The notes under the pieces: generated by a model
What the model was told of the DNA's origin: nothing
Seen by the model: only the letters and a program-made list of their open reading frames with translations
Database searches by the model: none
Program-made: the position numbers and the translations under genes
In this document: positions 18,535-29,600 of the stretch, piece after piece
Position numbering within the stretch: the first letter of the stretch is position 1
Layout of the letters: every line of letters starts with the position of its first letter
Assembly (NCBI GenBank): GCA_045636145.1
Contig: JAZTWV010000045.1
Location: forward strand, 5,800-69,799
DNA length: 64,000 bases
DNA from: Candidatus Flemingiibacterium sp.
GTDB taxonomy: Bacteria > Bacillota > Clostridia > Oscillospirales > CAG-272
Direction: 5' to 3'

Positions 18535-20667
18535 TTAGTCAAGTTTTTCGGTCACAAAATCCGGAAGTTTGCCAAGCAGAAATGCTAGTCTCACAGGTTC
18601 GCTGTATATGCTTGTTTCTTTGGGGTCTGCCGGTCGTGTAGTGGCATATTCGTTGCCGTATTCGTCGTAATACACTTCAACTCCATAGTCATTTGAGATG
18701 TTGAGGGTGTATTCTGCGTAGTAATCTGTCTCCACAAAGGTATATACGGAGTGATCGCTTCCGGTTGGACTTACGGCGGATGCCAACAGCTCCTCAATTA
18801 AAGCCTTGTCTGATACAACCAACTTTTCGGTGCGATCCCTACCGACCTTGTAAACCGCTATCTCGTCGATTATACCGGCAAGCTTTTCACGCGTTTCCTC
18901 AGGCGTATGATGAAGCATACCGAGGTCTATATAGTGGGATATTAGGGTACTCATGGAATCAAACATATGGAGTCTCAGCGTGGAATGGTCATATCCGTCA
19001 AAGCTGTTTAAAATGATATTTCCGAAGGAAGGCTGTTGGAAGAAATCAAATCCGCAGGCCTTGTTTTCTTCGGGGAGCAGATGAAGCCCCATGTTTTGGG
19101 CGGAAACCGCCGAAATATCAAAAGTCGGATAATTCCAATGAGTTTGACCGGATTTCAGCATGGTTACAGTTCTGTTATCGTTGAATATGCGGTTCTGAAG
19201 GTTGAGATATACATATCCCTCACCCTTATGTATGGTATCGAAAGCATTTGCATATTGGATTTTGAACTCATCGCTGTCAAGCACAGTACGGAATTCCTCT
19301 ATCAGGTCGGATTTGTTGTATATCCGTACTGTTTTCGCATTGGGTATGCCAAATTTGGGATAGAATACGATCTCCATGTACAAATAATCGTACCAATATG
19401 TAGGATTGTCGTATTTGTAGTCACGTTCACGCTCGCTTTCGGTGTAGATTCGTCCAAGTGCCGCGATGACCTCTGGATCTTTGAATTCTATGCCGCACTC
19501 AGCATCACCAAAGTTGACCGATACACGGGAGGTGTTTCCCGGTGAGGGTATTCTAGTGTTTATCTCAAATGCATTGGTTACAAGCACGGTGAATGATACC
19601 GCCGCGCATACAGCGAATACACATAATCCCTTCCATCCCTTGAACATGGAGCGTGCGGTTTTATGGAGAATGGTGTTTGTAAGCATAAACACCAGCACCA
19701 TGCCGCAGATCATGCCGAACACTGTCCAGAAGAAGCTGTCCATGATGTAGTAGAATAGTAAACCGCCGAGAATCGTTCCAAGGAATACGAGTATGTATTT
19801 AATGACCTCGCCGAGAACGGGGAATACTACAGGTGTACCGGCGCGCTCACTTTTTCTCTGCATATAGATGAAATATGCGCCTGTAAGGATGATAGCCGAG
19901 AAGAGAAGCATTATTACCGCTTCCCACACAAACAGCGGCTCGGTATTGAAGATGAATCTGAATACGGGAGAAAGCTTTTCAAACAGTCTCATATTTGCGT
20001 AATAGCTAAACCACATGTTTTCATTGAATATATTTAAGAATCCGAGAACAGTGATGTATACGGCAGGAACTATGAAAACGGCGACAAGGGTCAGTGTGAG
20101 GTGAACTGCGCCAAGACCGCTGACCATTCCCACGAGCGTGGACAATGCATAGAAAAATACCGTGTATACAAGGCTTTCTGCGGTCATAACAAGTACGCCT
20201 GCAAGCAGAGCGTCGGTAATTAGCCCGTTTGAGGCTATAACGGTCAGCGTGAAAAGAATGTTGAATATGTACGGTATCAAAAGAGAAATGGCACTGACGC
20301 CAAGCTGTGTCAAAAAGAGCTGTCCGCGCTTTATGGGCAGGCTGTGGTAGAAATCTATGGAAACCTTGTTTTTAAGGTATTTGAATCTGGATATGGAAAG
20401 TACCACACCGAATACGGACATTATGGCAATTACCGCATAACGGATGCCGCTTACCCAATCTTCGGAAAGATCTCTTTTTAATCTTGCGATTTCCTCTACG
20501 CTGATAGGTGCTCTATCGCTTATCATCATAAGTATCGGAACAGGCAGAACGAAAAACAAAATTATGGTAAACAGCAGTATGGTTGTCCAGAACTGCTTTG
20601 TGCTGAACGAAAACAGCGGCATAAAACCGGCAGACTTTTTATCAGTAATTGAGCTTTGAGAAGTCAT
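18535..20667 (-). CDS. ABC-2 type transporter permease with large extracellular C-terminal domain
   Basis: About 9-10 TM helices, DFYHSLPIKR motif typical of Ytr-like exporters, ~340-aa soluble C-terminus. Start MTSQSS overlaps the ATPase end. Confidence 0.8.
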   Translation of the reverse strand: MTSQSSITDKKSAGFMPLFSFSTKQFWTTILLFTIILFFVLPVPILMMISDRAPISVEEIARLKRDLSEDWVSGIRYAVIAIMSVFGVVLSISRFKYLKNKVSIDFYHSLPIKRGQLFLTQLGVSAISLLIPYIFNILFTLTVIASNGLITDALLAGVLVMTAESLVYTVFFYALSTLVGMVSGLGAVHLTLTLVAVFIVPAVYITVLGFLNIFNENMWFSYYANMRLFEKLSPVFRFIFNTEPLFVWEAVIMLLFSAIILTGAYFIYMQRKSERAGTPVVFPVLGEVIKYILVFLGTILGGLLFYYIMDSFFWTVFGMICGMVLVFMLTNTILHKTARSMFKGWKGLCVFAVCAAVSFTVLVTNAFEINTRIPSPGNTSRVSVNFGDAECGIEFKDPEVIAALGRIYTESERERDYKYDNPTYWYDYLYMEIVFYPKFGIPNAKTVRIYNKSDLIEEFRTVLDSDEFKIQYANAFDTIHKGEGYVYLNLQNRIFNDNRTVTMLKSGQTHWNYPTFDISAVSAQNMGLHLLPEENKACGFDFFQQPSFGNIILNSFDGYDHSTLRLHMFDSMSTLISHYIDLGMLHHTPEETREKLAGIIDEIAVYKVGRDRTEKLVVSDKALIEELLASAVSPTGSDHSVYTFVETDYYAEYTLNISNDYGVEVYYDEYGNEYATTRPADPKETSIYSEPVRLAFLLGKLPDFVTEKLD

Positions 20668-21538
20668 AGCCTTTATCCTCCATTTCAGAGATGAATATTT
20701 CCTCAAGGGTGAGGGGCACGGTTTCGTAGAATGTGGGGCTCTTTTCGATCATAAAAGCGTTTATCTCGTCGATAGTACCCCGAGCTATAAAGGATACAAG
20801 ACTGCCGCGGCGGCTGTAGCCGAGAATGCTCATGGGTGTAAGCTGTGCCGCGTCGAACTCGCCCTCAAATATTGCCTGTACCTTGTGAAGTCCCGATTTC
20901 ATGTCGTCCAGCTCGCGAACAAATAACAGCTCGCCCTTATGAAGCAGACCCACAGTGTCGCAGATGTCCTCCATCTCGCGAAGGCTGTGAGAAGCTATGA
21001 CGGTGGTCATACCGTCTGCCGCTTCCTCAGCGAGTATGCGTTTAACAAGCTGACGCACCACGGGGTCGAGACCGTCAAAGGTTTCGTCGCAGAGAAGATA
21101 TTTTGGTCTTGCCGATATGCCGAGCATGACGGAAGCCTGCTTTTTCATGCCTTTTGAGAAGGTGTTTATCTTACGGTCGCAGTCAAGGGTAAATATACCC
21201 TGAAGCTTTTTAAAGGTTTCGTCGGAAAATCCGCTGTACACGCTTTTATAAAGTGTGCGCATATCATTTATCGTGCAGTGTGGCATAAAATATTGCTCGT
21301 CCGACAGATAAACGATATTTTGTTTAACAAGGGGATTTTCCCAAACGGGAAGCGAGTTGTATGCAACGTCCCCGCAGTCCGGCTTTATAATGCCGCAGAG
21401 AATACGGAGCATTGTAGATTTACCGGAGCCGTTTGAGCCGATAAGTCCGAATATGGAGCCGTCCTTCAAAACGGCATTTACGTTTTCAAGTGAGCGTATT
21501 TTTCCGTAGCTCATGCTGACGTTTTTTATTTCAATCAA
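20642..21538 (-). CDS. ABC transporter ATP-binding protein (YtrB-like)
   Basis: GSNGSGKST, FSKGMKKQ, LCDETFDGLDP, SHSL, LEEIF. Confidence 0.92.
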   Translation of the reverse strand: MIEIKNVSMSYGKIRSLENVNAVLKDGSIFGLIGSNGSGKSTMLRILCGIIKPDCGDVAYNSLPVWENPLVKQNIVYLSDEQYFMPHCTINDMRTLYKSVYSGFSDETFKKLQGIFTLDCDRKINTFSKGMKKQASVMLGISARPKYLLCDETFDGLDPVVRQLVKRILAEEAADGMTTVIASHSLREMEDICDTVGLLHKGELLFVRELDDMKSGLHKVQAIFEGEFDAAQLTPMSILGYSRRGSLVSFIARGTIDEINAFMIEKSPTFYETVPLTLEEIFISEMEDKGYDFSKLNY

Positions 21539-21912
21539 TTTTCATCCCTCCAAATACTGTCTATCATTGCGAGGACTGCATCTTTTTGTGCCCCTGCATC
21601 GTGCGCTGCCAAAAGTGCTGTGCTAAGCTCGGCAAGGGAATGTTCAAGCTGCATTTTTGAAAGCTCGCCGATATTGTCTGCCACGAAACTGCCGCGCCCC
21701 TTTAGTGTGTATATTATTCCGCACCGCTCAAGCTCGGTATAAGATTTTTGAATGGTGTTGGGGTTTATGGCAAGCTCGGATGCAAGTGTGCGTACACCGG
21801 GAAGCTGATCTCCGGGTTTCAGGACACCGTGAAGCACGAGGCTTTTGATATTGTCGATAAGCTGTTCGTATATTGGCTTTCTGTCGCGGGTGTCAACACT
21901 TATTTCGCTCAT
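21535..21912 (-). CDS. GntR family transcriptional regulator (YtrA subfamily)
   Basis: PIYEQL, LKPGDQLPGVRTLA, INPNTIQKSY, GRGSFV; short C-terminus. Confidence 0.93.
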   Translation of the reverse strand: MSEISVDTRDRKPIYEQLIDNIKSLVLHGVLKPGDQLPGVRTLASELAINPNTIQKSYTELERCGIIYTLKGRGSFVADNIGELSKMQLEHSLAELSTALLAAHDAGAQKDAVLAMIDSIWRDEN

Positions 21913-21936
21913 GCGCTCCCTCCTTTAATGTGTTCT

Positions 21937-21994
21937 AACTGTACTATATGTGCTAGTACAGTTGTATTATAGCATAGCTTGCGGAAAATGTCAA
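21937..21994 (-). promoter_or_regulatory. Consensus sigma-A promoter with YtrA-type operator palindrome
   Basis: Minus strand TTGACA(21994-21989)-17-TATAAT(21971-21966) with TGn; perfect inverted repeat AACTGTACTA-N7-TAGTACAGTT (21937-21963) over the start site. Confidence 0.85.
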
Positions 21995-22103
21995 GGGAAA
22001 AAGAAAAAAATTCAAAATTTATGCGATTTTACATTTTACTATTGAAAATCAGATGAATTTATATTACAATAATGGTATAATTAAAACTCAAAGGGGTCAT
22101 GGT

Positions 22104-23474
22104 ATGCGAATAATAATTGTAGGCTGCGGCAAAGTTGGCGATTTGCTTACCTCATATATTTCGGCAGAGGGTCACGATGTCATCGTTGTTGATACAGACC
22201 AGGCAATCATCGAAAACGTAGTTAATCAATATGACGTGCTTGGAGTTGTGGGCAACGGTGCCAGCAATTCGGTGCAGATGGAGGCAGGAGCGGATAAAGC
22301 CAATCTGCTTATAGCCGTTACTGCTTCGGATGAGCTTAATATAATGTGCTGTATGGTGGCAAGGAAGCTTGGGACTCGTCATACTATAGCGCGTGTGCGA
22401 AATCCCGAATATTCGGAGCAGATAGTTTTCATGCGAAGTGAATTCGGACTTTCCATGGCGGTAAATCCCGAATACAGTGCGGCACAGGAAATACAGCGGA
22501 TAATCCGATTCCCGGCGGCTCTTAAGGTGGATACATTCTGCAAGGGCAGGGTAGACCTCGTTGAGGTGAAGATCGGCAATGAGCACCCTCTTTGCGGAAG
22601 AAAGCTTAGTGAGCTTGTTTCTGTATGCGGTGTGAATGTGCTTGTATGTGCTGTAAAGCGCGGCGACGAAGTAATAATCCCGAGGGGTGATTTTACCCCC
22701 GAAGCAGGAGATGTTATTCATATTACCGCTTCTCATGCCGATCTTGTCAGCTTTTTCAAGAAGCTTGGTATTTCAGACAAGCGTATACGCAGTGTCATGA
22801 TACTCGGCGGCGGAAAAATTGCATACTTCCTTGCAAGACGTCTGGAAAGCTTAGGTATTGACGTAAAGCTTGTGGAGCGTGACCGTGAAAGAGCCGAGCA
22901 GTTAGCAGAGCTTTTACCGCGTTCCATGATAATACATGGGGACGCCGCTGACAGTGATCTTCTCGATGAAGAGGGAATTGCCGATATAGATGCGGTGGTT
23001 ACACTGACGGGTGTAGACGAAGAAAATATCATGATTTCGCTGTATGCCGCAAAGTGCGGTGTGGATAAGGTTATCACGAAAATAAACCGTCCCGGTATCA
23101 TGAAGCTTCTTTCGTCCATAGGACTTGAGTGTGTGGTTTCCCCCAAGGCCATTACCGCAAACAGTATACTCAGATATATACGCGGACTTGAACACTCTGA
23201 CAGCAGCAGTATTGAGACGCTATACAAAATAGTTGACGGAGAGGTTGAAGCCATAGAATTTGTTGCGGCTGAGGGATTTGATGATCTCGGCAAGCCTATA
23301 AAGACAATGAAGATAAAACGAGATATCATCATTGCCTGCATAATACGTGGGTCCAAAATTATATACCCACACGGTGACGATACCATTGAAAAGGGTGATA
23401 CGGTGATAGTTGTTGCCAAGAGTGAGCAGGCTGTACACGACCTTGACGATATTCTTGAAAATCCTGTAAAATAA
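22104..23474 (+). CDS. trkA: Trk potassium uptake system regulatory subunit (tandem RCK domains)
   Basis: MRIIIVGCGKVG and second MILGGGKIAY Rossmann motifs, DELN, TIARVRNPEY; promoter TTGAAA(22042)-17-TACAAT(22065). Confidence 0.95.
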   Translation: MRIIIVGCGKVGDLLTSYISAEGHDVIVVDTDQAIIENVVNQYDVLGVVGNGASNSVQMEAGADKANLLIAVTASDELNIMCCMVARKLGTRHTIARVRNPEYSEQIVFMRSEFGLSMAVNPEYSAAQEIQRIIRFPAALKVDTFCKGRVDLVEVKIGNEHPLCGRKLSELVSVCGVNVLVCAVKRGDEVIIPRGDFTPEAGDVIHITASHADLVSFFKKLGISDKRIRSVMILGGGKIAYFLARRLESLGIDVKLVERDRERAEQLAELLPRSMIIHGDAADSDLLDEEGIADIDAVVTLTGVDEENIMISLYAAKCGVDKVITKINRPGIMKLLSSIGLECVVSPKAITANSILRYIRGLEHSDSSSIETLYKIVDGEVEAIEFVAAEGFDDLGKPIKTMKIKRDIIIACIIRGSKIIYPHGDDTIEKGDTVIVVAKSEQAVHDLDDILENPVK

Positions 23475-23485
23475 AGGGAAATTTT

Positions 23486-24940
23486 ATGAACTACAGAATG
23501 ATAGCCTATATAATAGGTCACATTGTAAGGGTTGAGGGAATACTAATGACACTCCCTCTTGTGTGTGCTCTTGTATACGGAGAGGGTTCGTGGCTTGCCT
23601 TTGTGATTCCGATAACCTTTTCCTTGCTTGTCGGCACACTGCTTACAATAAGAAAAAACGAAAATACACAGATATATGCCAAAGAGGGATTTGTCATTGT
23701 GGCACTCTCATGGATAATAATGTCTGTTATAGGTGCTGTGCCTTTTGTACTCGATGGGTGCATTCCATCCTTTGTTGATGCGTTTTTTGAAACGGTTTCC
23801 GGATTTACTACCACGGGAGCGACGATCCTTACCCATGTGGAAGCCCTCGATCACTCTATGCTGCTTTGGCGCAGCTTTACCCATTGGATCGGCGGTATGG
23901 GAGTTCTTGTGTTTGTTATGGCTATACTTCCGCAGTCAGACACACGCTCGGTAAAGCTTATGCACATAATGCGTGCCGAGGTGCCCGGTCCGAAGGTTGG
24001 CAAGCTTGTGTCTAAAATAAGCCGTACCGCACGCATAATGTACGGCATTTATATCGTCATGACACTGATTGAGGCAATATTACTTATTTTTGGTGGTATG
24101 CCGGTGTTTGACAGTATTCTTAATTCTTTTGCTACGGCAGGTACGGGCGGATTTGGCATTAAATCCGCAAGCATTGCAGCGTACGACAGTGTATATGTGG
24201 ATTATGTTATCGGCGTGTTTATGATACTGTTCGGCATAAATTTCAATCTGTATTATTTTATTATAATAGGTCAGGGACTTCAGGCTCTGAAAAGCGAGGA
24301 GCTTCGCTGGTACGGTGCGATTGCCGCAGTTTCAATTACACTGATCGCATTTGATATATACAATATATACGGTGGTGTGGGAGAGTCTGTGAGATATGCA
24401 TTTTTTCAGGTAGCATCTATTGTTACTACCACCGGTTTTACCACCGCAGATTTCAACACATGGCCTGTGCTTTCGCAGACAATATTGGTGCTGTTAATGT
24501 TTTGTGGTGCCTGTGCCGGGTCTACGGCAGGCGGTATTAAAGTGGGACGCATAATACTGCTTGTGAAAACAGGACTTCGTGAGATCAAATATATGCTTCA
24601 CCCTCGTGCAGTCATTGCTGTTAACGTTGAAGGAAAGCCGGTAGAGCGCGAGGTTATTCGTGGAGCAACATCATATATTATAGTTTATATTATGCTTTAT
24701 GCGGCATCTTTCTTCTGTCTTACTTTTGCGGAGGAGTGCGATCTTATTACAGGCTTTACCGCCGTGGCGGCTACTATTAACAATGTAGGACCGGGACTCG
24801 GTGCTGTGGGACCGACAGGCAGCTTTGCCGGATTTACGAAGTTTACCAAATTGCTTCTTTCCTTTGTTATGCTTGCCGGAAGGCTTGAAATATTCCCCAT
24901 GATAATGCTCCTTGCACCGTCTACATGGCGAAGAAGATAA
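23486..24940 (+). CDS. trkH: Trk potassium uptake system membrane subunit
   Basis: FETVSGFTTTGAT, TGGF, TTTGF, GSTAGGIK, NNVGPGLG and GRLEI pore-loop motifs. Confidence 0.96.
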   Translation: MNYRMIAYIIGHIVRVEGILMTLPLVCALVYGEGSWLAFVIPITFSLLVGTLLTIRKNENTQIYAKEGFVIVALSWIIMSVIGAVPFVLDGCIPSFVDAFFETVSGFTTTGATILTHVEALDHSMLLWRSFTHWIGGMGVLVFVMAILPQSDTRSVKLMHIMRAEVPGPKVGKLVSKISRTARIMYGIYIVMTLIEAILLIFGGMPVFDSILNSFATAGTGGFGIKSASIAAYDSVYVDYVIGVFMILFGINFNLYYFIIIGQGLQALKSEELRWYGAIAAVSITLIAFDIYNIYGGVGESVRYAFFQVASIVTTTGFTTADFNTWPVLSQTILVLLMFCGACAGSTAGGIKVGRIILLVKTGLREIKYMLHPRAVIAVNVEGKPVEREVIRGATSYIIVYIMLYAASFFCLTFAEECDLITGFTAVAATINNVGPGLGAVGPTGSFAGFTKFTKLLLSFVMLAGRLEIFPMIMLLAPSTWRRR

Positions 24941-24980
24941 TGGGTGAGCCATCGGCTATTGCAAAATAAGATTTAATAAT

Positions 24981-25020
24981 AAATCCCCGATTTGTGTTGA
25001 CAAAAACGCTTCGGGGATTT
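24981..25020 (+). terminator. Hairpin after trkH (probable terminator)
   Basis: AAATCCCCGA / TCGGGGATTT perfect 10-bp inverted repeat. Confidence 0.6.
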
Positions 25021-25274
25021 ATAATTATATTGGAGTGTTTAAATTTGTCACTGTGCGGCACATTTTTAATAAAAGTGTTGTTTTGATTGAATTTTGGGAG
25101 TAGGATTTGATGATTTTTACAAAAACAAGAGCTGTAATTGTATAAGTTGTTCAAAATCCTCATTATATTTTTCGCACAGACAATAAACTTCGGCATATTT
25201 TGACATTTACTAAAAACATAAAAAATGTTAAAATATATAGAGTGGTATATTTTTTGCATTACCCTAGATTTTTC

Positions 25275-26612
25275 ATGTATCCTGAGGTGTTAGAAATAGA
25301 AAACAAGATAAACCGCAAAGTAGGAATCATGACTCTCGGCTGCAAGGTGAATCAGTATGAAAGCACCGCAATTGCCGAGGAGTTTGAGAAGCATGGCTTT
25401 ACTATCGGCAAGTTTTCCGAAAAATGCGGTATATATATAATAAATTCCTGCACAGTTACTGCCGAAAGTGACAGAAAGACCCGTCAAATGATCCGCCGTG
25501 CCGCACGGCACAATCCTAATGCATATGTACTTGTAACCGGATGTTATTCACAGCTTAATCCCGGAAAGACAGCCGGAATTGACGGAGTGGATTTCATCTG
25601 CGGCAACAGCAACAAAACAAGACTTGTAGATGCGGCGCTTGGACTTGTGGCATCCGGTGAAAAGAACCATGCCGCTGATATTAAGGTGGACAACATAGAT
25701 GAGGCACCGTTTGAGCATATGGTCATCCATTCCTCGGAGCGCACACGCGCCTATGTTAAAATTGAGGACGGCTGTGACAATCACTGTGCCTACTGCATAG
25801 TTCCCCACGCACGCGGACGTGTACGCTCAAAGTCGCCTGAGACGGTTATGGCAGAAGTTCGCGGACTTGTATCAAACGGTTATCGTGAGATCGTTCTGAC
25901 CGGTATTGAAACTGCTTCCTACGGTAAAGATTTTGCTGATAGCTACAGACTTATCGATCTTATGGAAGCTGTTGACAAAATTGACGGAATCGAGCGTATA
26001 CGCCTCGGTTCACTTGATCCGTCTATCCTCAAACCTGAGTTTGTCGACCGCGTGGCAAAGCTTAAGCATTTTGCCCCCAATTTCCATATTTCCATGCAGG
26101 CGGCATCTGACCGTGTGCTTTCCGCTATGCGCCGTAAGTATAACACTGCAATGGTTTGGGAATATGTAAAGAATCTTCGCGAAAAAATGCCGGAAGTCAC
26201 CTTCTGCGCAGATTTCATCGTAGGATTCCCCGGTGAAACGGAGTCTGATTTTGATGAAACCGCGGAGTTTATCCGCCGCATAGGATTTACCCATCTCCAT
26301 ATCTTCCCGTACTCGAAGCGTGCAGGCACAGAGGCGGCTGAAATGGACGGACAGGTTCCCGATACCGTAAAGGCTGACCGTCTTGCAAGATTAACGTCAG
26401 TAGGACGCGAATGCGCATACAAAATGGCGGAGAATTACATCGGACAGCAGAAGGAAGTGCTCTTTGAGCTGTGCGAGGACGGCAGAGCCGTGGGTCACAC
26501 TCCGGAATTTCTTGAGGTTGCGGTCATTACATCGGATGATCTGCACAATCAGATAAAAACTGTCAAGCTCAATGGCTTTGACGGTGAGGTTTATACCGGA
26601 TTTATTATTTAA
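25275..26612 (+). CDS. mtaB: tRNA t6A37 methylthiotransferase MtaB (radical SAM)
   Basis: TLGCKVNQYES, INSCTVT, VTGCY, CDNHCAYC, HIFPYSKRAGT. Start uncertain (ATG 25275 or ATA 25296). Confidence 0.92.
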   Translation: MYPEVLEIENKINRKVGIMTLGCKVNQYESTAIAEEFEKHGFTIGKFSEKCGIYIINSCTVTAESDRKTRQMIRRAARHNPNAYVLVTGCYSQLNPGKTAGIDGVDFICGNSNKTRLVDAALGLVASGEKNHAADIKVDNIDEAPFEHMVIHSSERTRAYVKIEDGCDNHCAYCIVPHARGRVRSKSPETVMAEVRGLVSNGYREIVLTGIETASYGKDFADSYRLIDLMEAVDKIDGIERIRLGSLDPSILKPEFVDRVAKLKHFAPNFHISMQAASDRVLSAMRRKYNTAMVWEYVKNLREKMPEVTFCADFIVGFPGETESDFDETAEFIRRIGFTHLHIFPYSKRAGTEAAEMDGQVPDTVKADRLARLTSVGRECAYKMAENYIGQQKEVLFELCEDGRAVGHTPEFLEVAVITSDDLHNQIKTVKLNGFDGEVYTGFII

Positions 26613-26655
26613 AGCGTTTTATACCGATAAAAATATATTTTTTAGGAGTCGAATA

Positions 26656-29600
26656 ATGGTTTACAGAATATTTGTAGAAAAACAGCCAGCACACGCAGTT
26701 GAAGCCCGCTCGCTTTTCGCGGATATCCGTGAAAATCTGATGATTACCTCTCTTAGCGGAATAAGAGTACTGAACCGCTATGATATTGAGGGTATTTCTG
26801 AAGATATCTTTGGCAAGGCGAAAAATACTATTTTTTCCGAGCCTCAGAGTGACATAGTTTTCGACGATATTAAAATAGGTGCTAATGACCGCATTTTTGC
26901 AGTTGAATATCTGCCCGGTCAGTTTGATCAGCGCGCCGATTCCTGTGCACAGTGCGTTCAGCTTATTACATACGAGGACAGACCTGCTGTTCGTACCGCA
27001 CGTGTATATATACTGTCGGGTGACATCACTGACAGTGAGCTTGAACGTATAAAGGCATACGTTATTAACCCCGTTGAGTCCCGTGAGGCATCACTTGCAA
27101 AGCCGGAGACTCTTGCGGAAAGCTTTGATATCCCTACCACCGTTGAAACCATCTCAGGATTCATCGGTTACGGTGAGGATGAACTTAAGGAGTTCCTTAA
27201 GAAGTACGCACTTGCGATGGACCTTGACGATGTGAAGTTCTGCCAGAGCTATTTCAAAAATGAGGAAAAGCGTGACCCCACTATTTCCGAAATCAGACTT
27301 ATTGACTCCTACTGGTCTGACCATTGCCGCCATACCACATTCCTCACCGCTATCGACGAGGTAAAGATCGGCGACAAGTATATTGAAGATACATATAACG
27401 ACTATCTTGAAAAACGCAAATTCGTTTACGGCGAGCGCAAAAAGAACATTTCTCTCATGGATATGGGTACTATCGCGGCTAAGTATCTTAAGAAACGCGG
27501 TGTGCTTAAGAATATGGACGAATCCGAGGAGATCAACGCTTGCTCCATCAAGATAAAGGTAGACGTTGACGGTGAGCTTCAGGATTGGCTTCTCATGTTC
27601 AAGAACGAAACTCATAATCATCCTACCGAAATCGAGCCTTTCGGCGGCGCGGCAACCTGCCTTGGCGGTGCTATCCGCGACCCGCTGTCCGGACGTGCTT
27701 ATGTTTATCAGGCAATGCGTGTAACCGGATGCGCAGACCCCAGAACCTCTGTTGCAGACACCATCCCCGGAAAGCTTCCTCAGAGTAAGATCACACACGG
27801 TGCATCCGCAGGTTACTCCTCATACGGTAACCAGATCGGTCTTGCTACCGGTGCGGTATATGAGCTTTATCACCCCAACTATGTTGCAAAGCATCTGGAG
27901 ATCGGCGCAGTTGTAGGTGCGGCTCCCGAATGCAATGTTGTAAGAGAGCGTCCCGAGCCCGGTGACGTTATCGTGCTTCTTGGCGGTAAGACCGGACGTG
28001 ACGGCTGCGGCGGTGCTACCGGTTCGTCAAAGGCTCATACTACCGAATCTCTCACTACCTGTGGGGCTGAGGTGCAGAAGGGTAATCCCCCCGAAGAAAG
28101 AAAGATACAGCGCCTTTTCAGAAACGGAGATGTTACACGCCTTATCAAGCGCTGCAATGACTTTGGTGCAGGCGGTGTTTCCGTTGCTATCGGTGAGCTT
28201 GCAGACGGCCTTGATATTGACCTGTCCAAGGTTCCGAAGAAGTACGAGGGTCTTGACGGCACTGAGCTTGCTATATCCGAATCTCAGGAGCGTATGGCTG
28301 TAGTTGTAGCGGCTGAAAATGTTGAAAAGTTCCGCGAGTATGCATCACGCGAGAATCTTGAGTCCACTGTTGTGGCAACTGTTACAGAGGAAGCAAGACT
28401 TAAGATGCTCTGGAACGGCAAGTATATTATTGACCTTAACCGTGAATTCCTTAATTCCAACGGCGCAGAGAAGCATACAAAGATCGAGATCACGCCTGTA
28501 AACGAGGACGGACTTCTTGACGGATATGCTGAAACTCTTGATACAAAGAATACCGAAAAGGCTATGCGTGAGCTTATTTCCGACCTTAATATCTGCTCAC
28601 AGCGCGGACTTGTTGAAAAGTTCGACAGCTCCATCGGTGCAGGTACTGTCGTAATGCCTTACGGCGGTAAGTATCAGCTGACACAGCCTCAGTACATGGC
28701 GGCGAAGATTCCTGTACTTGAAGGCGAGACTGACACCGCTTCTGTTATGGCATACGGTTATGATCCGTTCCTTTCCGAAAAGAGTCCCTACCACGGTGCG
28801 GCTTATGCTGTAGTTGAATCTGTAGCAAAGCTTGTGGCGGCTGGTATTGATTACAAGACCGCATATCTCACATTCCAGGAATATTTTGAGCGTACAAACG
28901 GAAAGCCTGAGCGTTGGGGCAAGCCTATGGCAGCACTTCTCGGCTCACTTAAGGCTCAGCTTGAGCTTAATATCGCGGCAATCGGCGGTAAGGACTCCAT
29001 GTCCGGTACATTTGAAAATATCGACGTTCCGCCGACTCTGGTATCCTTTGCTATCGCTCCCATGGATGCAAAGAAGATAGTGACTCCCGAATTCAAAGCG
29101 GCAGGCGACAAGGTATATTACTTTGCTCCTAAATATAACGAGGACAAGCTTCCCGATTTCGCAAGCCTTCGAGAGCTCTTTGAAAAGGTATACGATATCG
29201 CGGCAAGCGGCAAGGCAAAAGCTATTTACACTGTTGATGCCGGCGGTGTTGCTGAGGGCCTCATGAAGATGAGCTTCGGTAATCGCATCGGATTCAAGTC
29301 CGAGGGCATTGATGAAAATACTCTGTTTGCTCTTAACTACGGTGCATTTATCATCGAATCCGCAGAGGAGCTTGACGGCAAGCTTATCGGTTATACCACC
29401 GACGACGGCAAGATCACTGTAGGCGGCACATCCGTAGCTGTTACCGAGCTTTCCGAGCTTTGGGAAAATACACTTGAAAAGGTATTCCCCACAAAGGCGG
29501 CTGAGGTTAAGCCGGAAATTACCGAAAAGTTCTCCTGCACCGCACGAGCAAAGGCTCACCATACGGACAGCTTCGCAAAGCCTCGCGTAGTCATTCCTGT

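Noticed and set aside
26600-26655. Purine or ZTP riboswitch before purL
   Set aside because: Only ~43 nt separate mtaB and purL, and no aptamer consensus is present.
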